From positions 203,716 to 267,715 of the forward strand of contig CAADUJ010000007.1 of assembly GCA_900752195.1 (NCBI GenBank): 64,000 nucleotides of DNA, given 5' to 3'. Position numbers and translations under genes: made by a program. Under the pieces are notes generated by a model. The model was not told the DNA's origin. It worked only from the letters and a program-made list of their open reading frames with translations, and made no database searches. Positions within the stretch are counted from its first letter, which is position 1. Every line of letters begins with the position of its first letter. Source of the stretch: an uncultured Negativicutes bacterium. GTDB taxonomy: Bacteria > Bacillota > Negativicutes > Veillonellales > Megasphaeraceae. This document shows positions 62,563 to 64,000 of the stretch, in pieces.

Positions 62563-63564
62563 ATGGAATTGAAACATAACATCTGGGTATATATTGAATT
62601 AGTTGATGGCGCTCCTAGCCATCTGAGCTTGGAATTGTTAGGCAAAGGCCGTGAATTAGCCGATGCAAAGAAAAATACACTCGTTGCTCTCTTAGCTGGT
62701 ACCGGTGCTGGTGATGCAGCAAAACAGGTTATCGGGTATGGTGCAGACGCAGCCGTTGTCTTGGATAATGCGGAATTAGCAGAATTCGACGCTGCTGTAT
62801 ATACGAAGGCCGTTGCAGCTACGCTTGCGAAATATGAAGCCAGCGTCATGCTCATCCCGGCATCTCACAATGGCCGCGACGTAGGTGGTCGCCTCTCGGC
62901 CGCTATGAACCTGGGCCTTGTGGCAGATTGCATCGATTGTCGTTATGAAGGTGACGACGATACGCTTACATGGATCCGTCCAGCCTTTACAGGCAAGCTT
63001 TTCGTTAAAATCCTTACGACGAGCCGTCCGCAGCTGGCTACGATTGATGAAGCTATTTTCCGTGGTAACGATTTTGACGCAAGCCGTACTGGCGACGTCG
63101 TAACGGAAACGGTTGATTTCAATGCGCCTGTCTCGACACAGAAGCGAGTCGATTTTAAACCGCTGCCGCCGCTAGAAGAACGTCTGACCATTGATACAGC
63201 AGATCTCGTCGTCGGTGCTGGTCGTGGTGTCGGTGATGAAGAAGGTCTGAAAAAGGTGGCCGCCTTTGCTGATGCAATCGGTGCACCTCTTGGTGTTTCC
63301 AAACCTCTCGTTGATAATGGCTGGGCAAGCCACGACATTCAGATAGGCATTACAGGTAAGAAAATTGCGCCGAAGATTTATATTGCCCTCGGTATTTCCG
63401 GTGCCATCCAGCACGAACTGGGATTGAAAGATGCTGAGCTCATCATTGCCGTAAATACGGATCCCGATGCGCCTATCTTTAAATTCGCTCACTATGGCAT
63501 CGTAGGTGACCTCTTTGAAGCTATGCCTCTCCTGGAAGCACAGTTCAAAAAAGTAAAAGGTTAA
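62563..63564 (+). CDS. etfA: electron transfer flavoprotein subunit alpha
   Basis: FAD-binding C-terminal domain (IAVNTDPDAPIFKFAHYGIVGDLFE). Minus-strand ORFs 62241..62855 and 62943..63338 are shadows. Confidence 0.9.
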   Translation: MELKHNIWVYIELVDGAPSHLSLELLGKGRELADAKKNTLVALLAGTGAGDAAKQVIGYGADAAVVLDNAELAEFDAAVYTKAVAATLAKYEASVMLIPASHNGRDVGGRLSAAMNLGLVADCIDCRYEGDDDTLTWIRPAFTGKLFVKILTTSRPQLATIDEAIFRGNDFDASRTGDVVTETVDFNAPVSTQKRVDFKPLPPLEERLTIDTADLVVGAGRGVGDEEGLKKVAAFADAIGAPLGVSKPLVDNGWASHDIQIGITGKKIAPKIYIALGISGAIQHELGLKDAELIIAVNTDPDAPIFKFAHYGIVGDLFEAMPLLEAQFKKVKG

Positions 63565-63902
63565 TCGTTAGAGCCTGGTACAGGTCTGATGGCAAGGACG
63601 TCTTTGCATCGTAGGTGAAAGTCCTGACAGACGATTGCTTTGCGATAGGCATCGATATATAAGAAGTGCGTTACTTTCGTGAAACGCCTTCCTGCATAGA
63701 AGAACTGGATTTCTATCTTTGTACCTTTCTGGATGGTACGGATACGGCGATCCAGTTCTTCTTTTTGTTCTTCTGATAAGAGTGCAGGCGTAGAACGGTC
63801 GTGTTCTTCTTCTTTTTGAAGAAGCGCTTTCTGCAATCCTGTGAGTGCATCAAAGGGTTGAAATATTTTGGCGCGGTGTGACGCGTGTCTCTTTTCCGCC
63901 AT
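63561..63902 (-). CDS. YolD-like protein
   Basis: KIFQPFDALTGLQKALL... and IEIQFFYAGRRFTKVTHFLYIDAYRKAIV blocks typical of the YolD family. ATG at 63902 after GGAGGTCA. Confidence 0.55.
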   Translation of the reverse strand: MAEKRHASHRAKIFQPFDALTGLQKALLQKEEEHDRSTPALLSEEQKEELDRRIRTIQKGTKIEIQFFYAGRRFTKVTHFLYIDAYRKAIVCQDFHLRCKDVLAIRPVPGSND

Positions 63903-63957
63903 CTTTATGACCTCCAATCTGTTCATTTCGTTGTCGTGTCGTCGCGCCATCGAGTAA

Positions 63958-64000
63958 GTCAATGCCGCGGAAAATACTGTTTTTTCCGAAGCGCTTCTTG
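63958..64000 (-). CDS. 3' end of an upstream minus-strand gene (possibly a Y-family polymerase partner of YolD); runs off the window
   Basis: Open frame ...QEALRKKQYFPRH* ending at the TGA at 63958-63960, about 55 nt upstream of the yolD start. Confidence 0.3.

Noticed and set aside
62241-62855. 204-aa minus-strand ORF across etfB/etfA, and 62943..63338
   Set aside because: Ala/Ser-rich antisense shadows of the conserved Etf genes.

Overview
This 64 kb window looks like chromosomal DNA from a Firmicutes-type organism that also has an outer membrane. The main clue is a 1230-aa type Va autotransporter with a C-terminal beta-barrel, sitting next to classic Firmicute operons (atpZ-atpI-atpBEFHAGDC, dnaG-rpoD, topA-trmFO-hslVU, DUF4321-maf-radC, an ACT/UPF0210 pair). 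From this I infer a Negativicutes (Veillonellaceae/Megasphaera-like) origin; no database search was possible. The window is gene-dense on both strands and most of it is housekeeping: rpsT, fba, rluA-family, dnaG, rpoD, xth, pgm, wecA/wecB-like, the full F1Fo ATP synthase operon, topA, trmFO, hslVU, rlmI-like, thrC, prfC, trmK-nif3, thiE, glnS, maf, radC and etfBA. Several accessory islands interrupt this backbone: a MerR-family regulator divergent from three exported proteins (tandem-CMD protein, alpha/beta hydrolase, flavodoxin-like lipoprotein); an FMN-binding/ferredoxin fusion coupled to an OpuA/BusA-type quaternary-amine ABC transporter and an Rrf2 regulator; an arsenic operon arsR-arsD-arsA-acr3 in which acr3 carries an in-frame TAA nonsense codon at codon 13; an MFS transporter, a GNAT and a stand-alone larA; the giant autotransporter; and a YolD-like gene at the right edge. 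There is also an unusual ~500 nt gene-free interval between prfC and the transporter operon that carries a stem-loop plus U-tract and an 11-bp perfect inverted repeat over a near-consensus promoter. I found no tRNA or rRNA genes, no CRISPR arrays and no recognizable IS elements. Gene calls rest on recognizable protein motifs in the translations, RBS/start-codon inspection and hairpin+T-tract terminators. Functional assignments are family-level inferences from remembered motifs, not search results.
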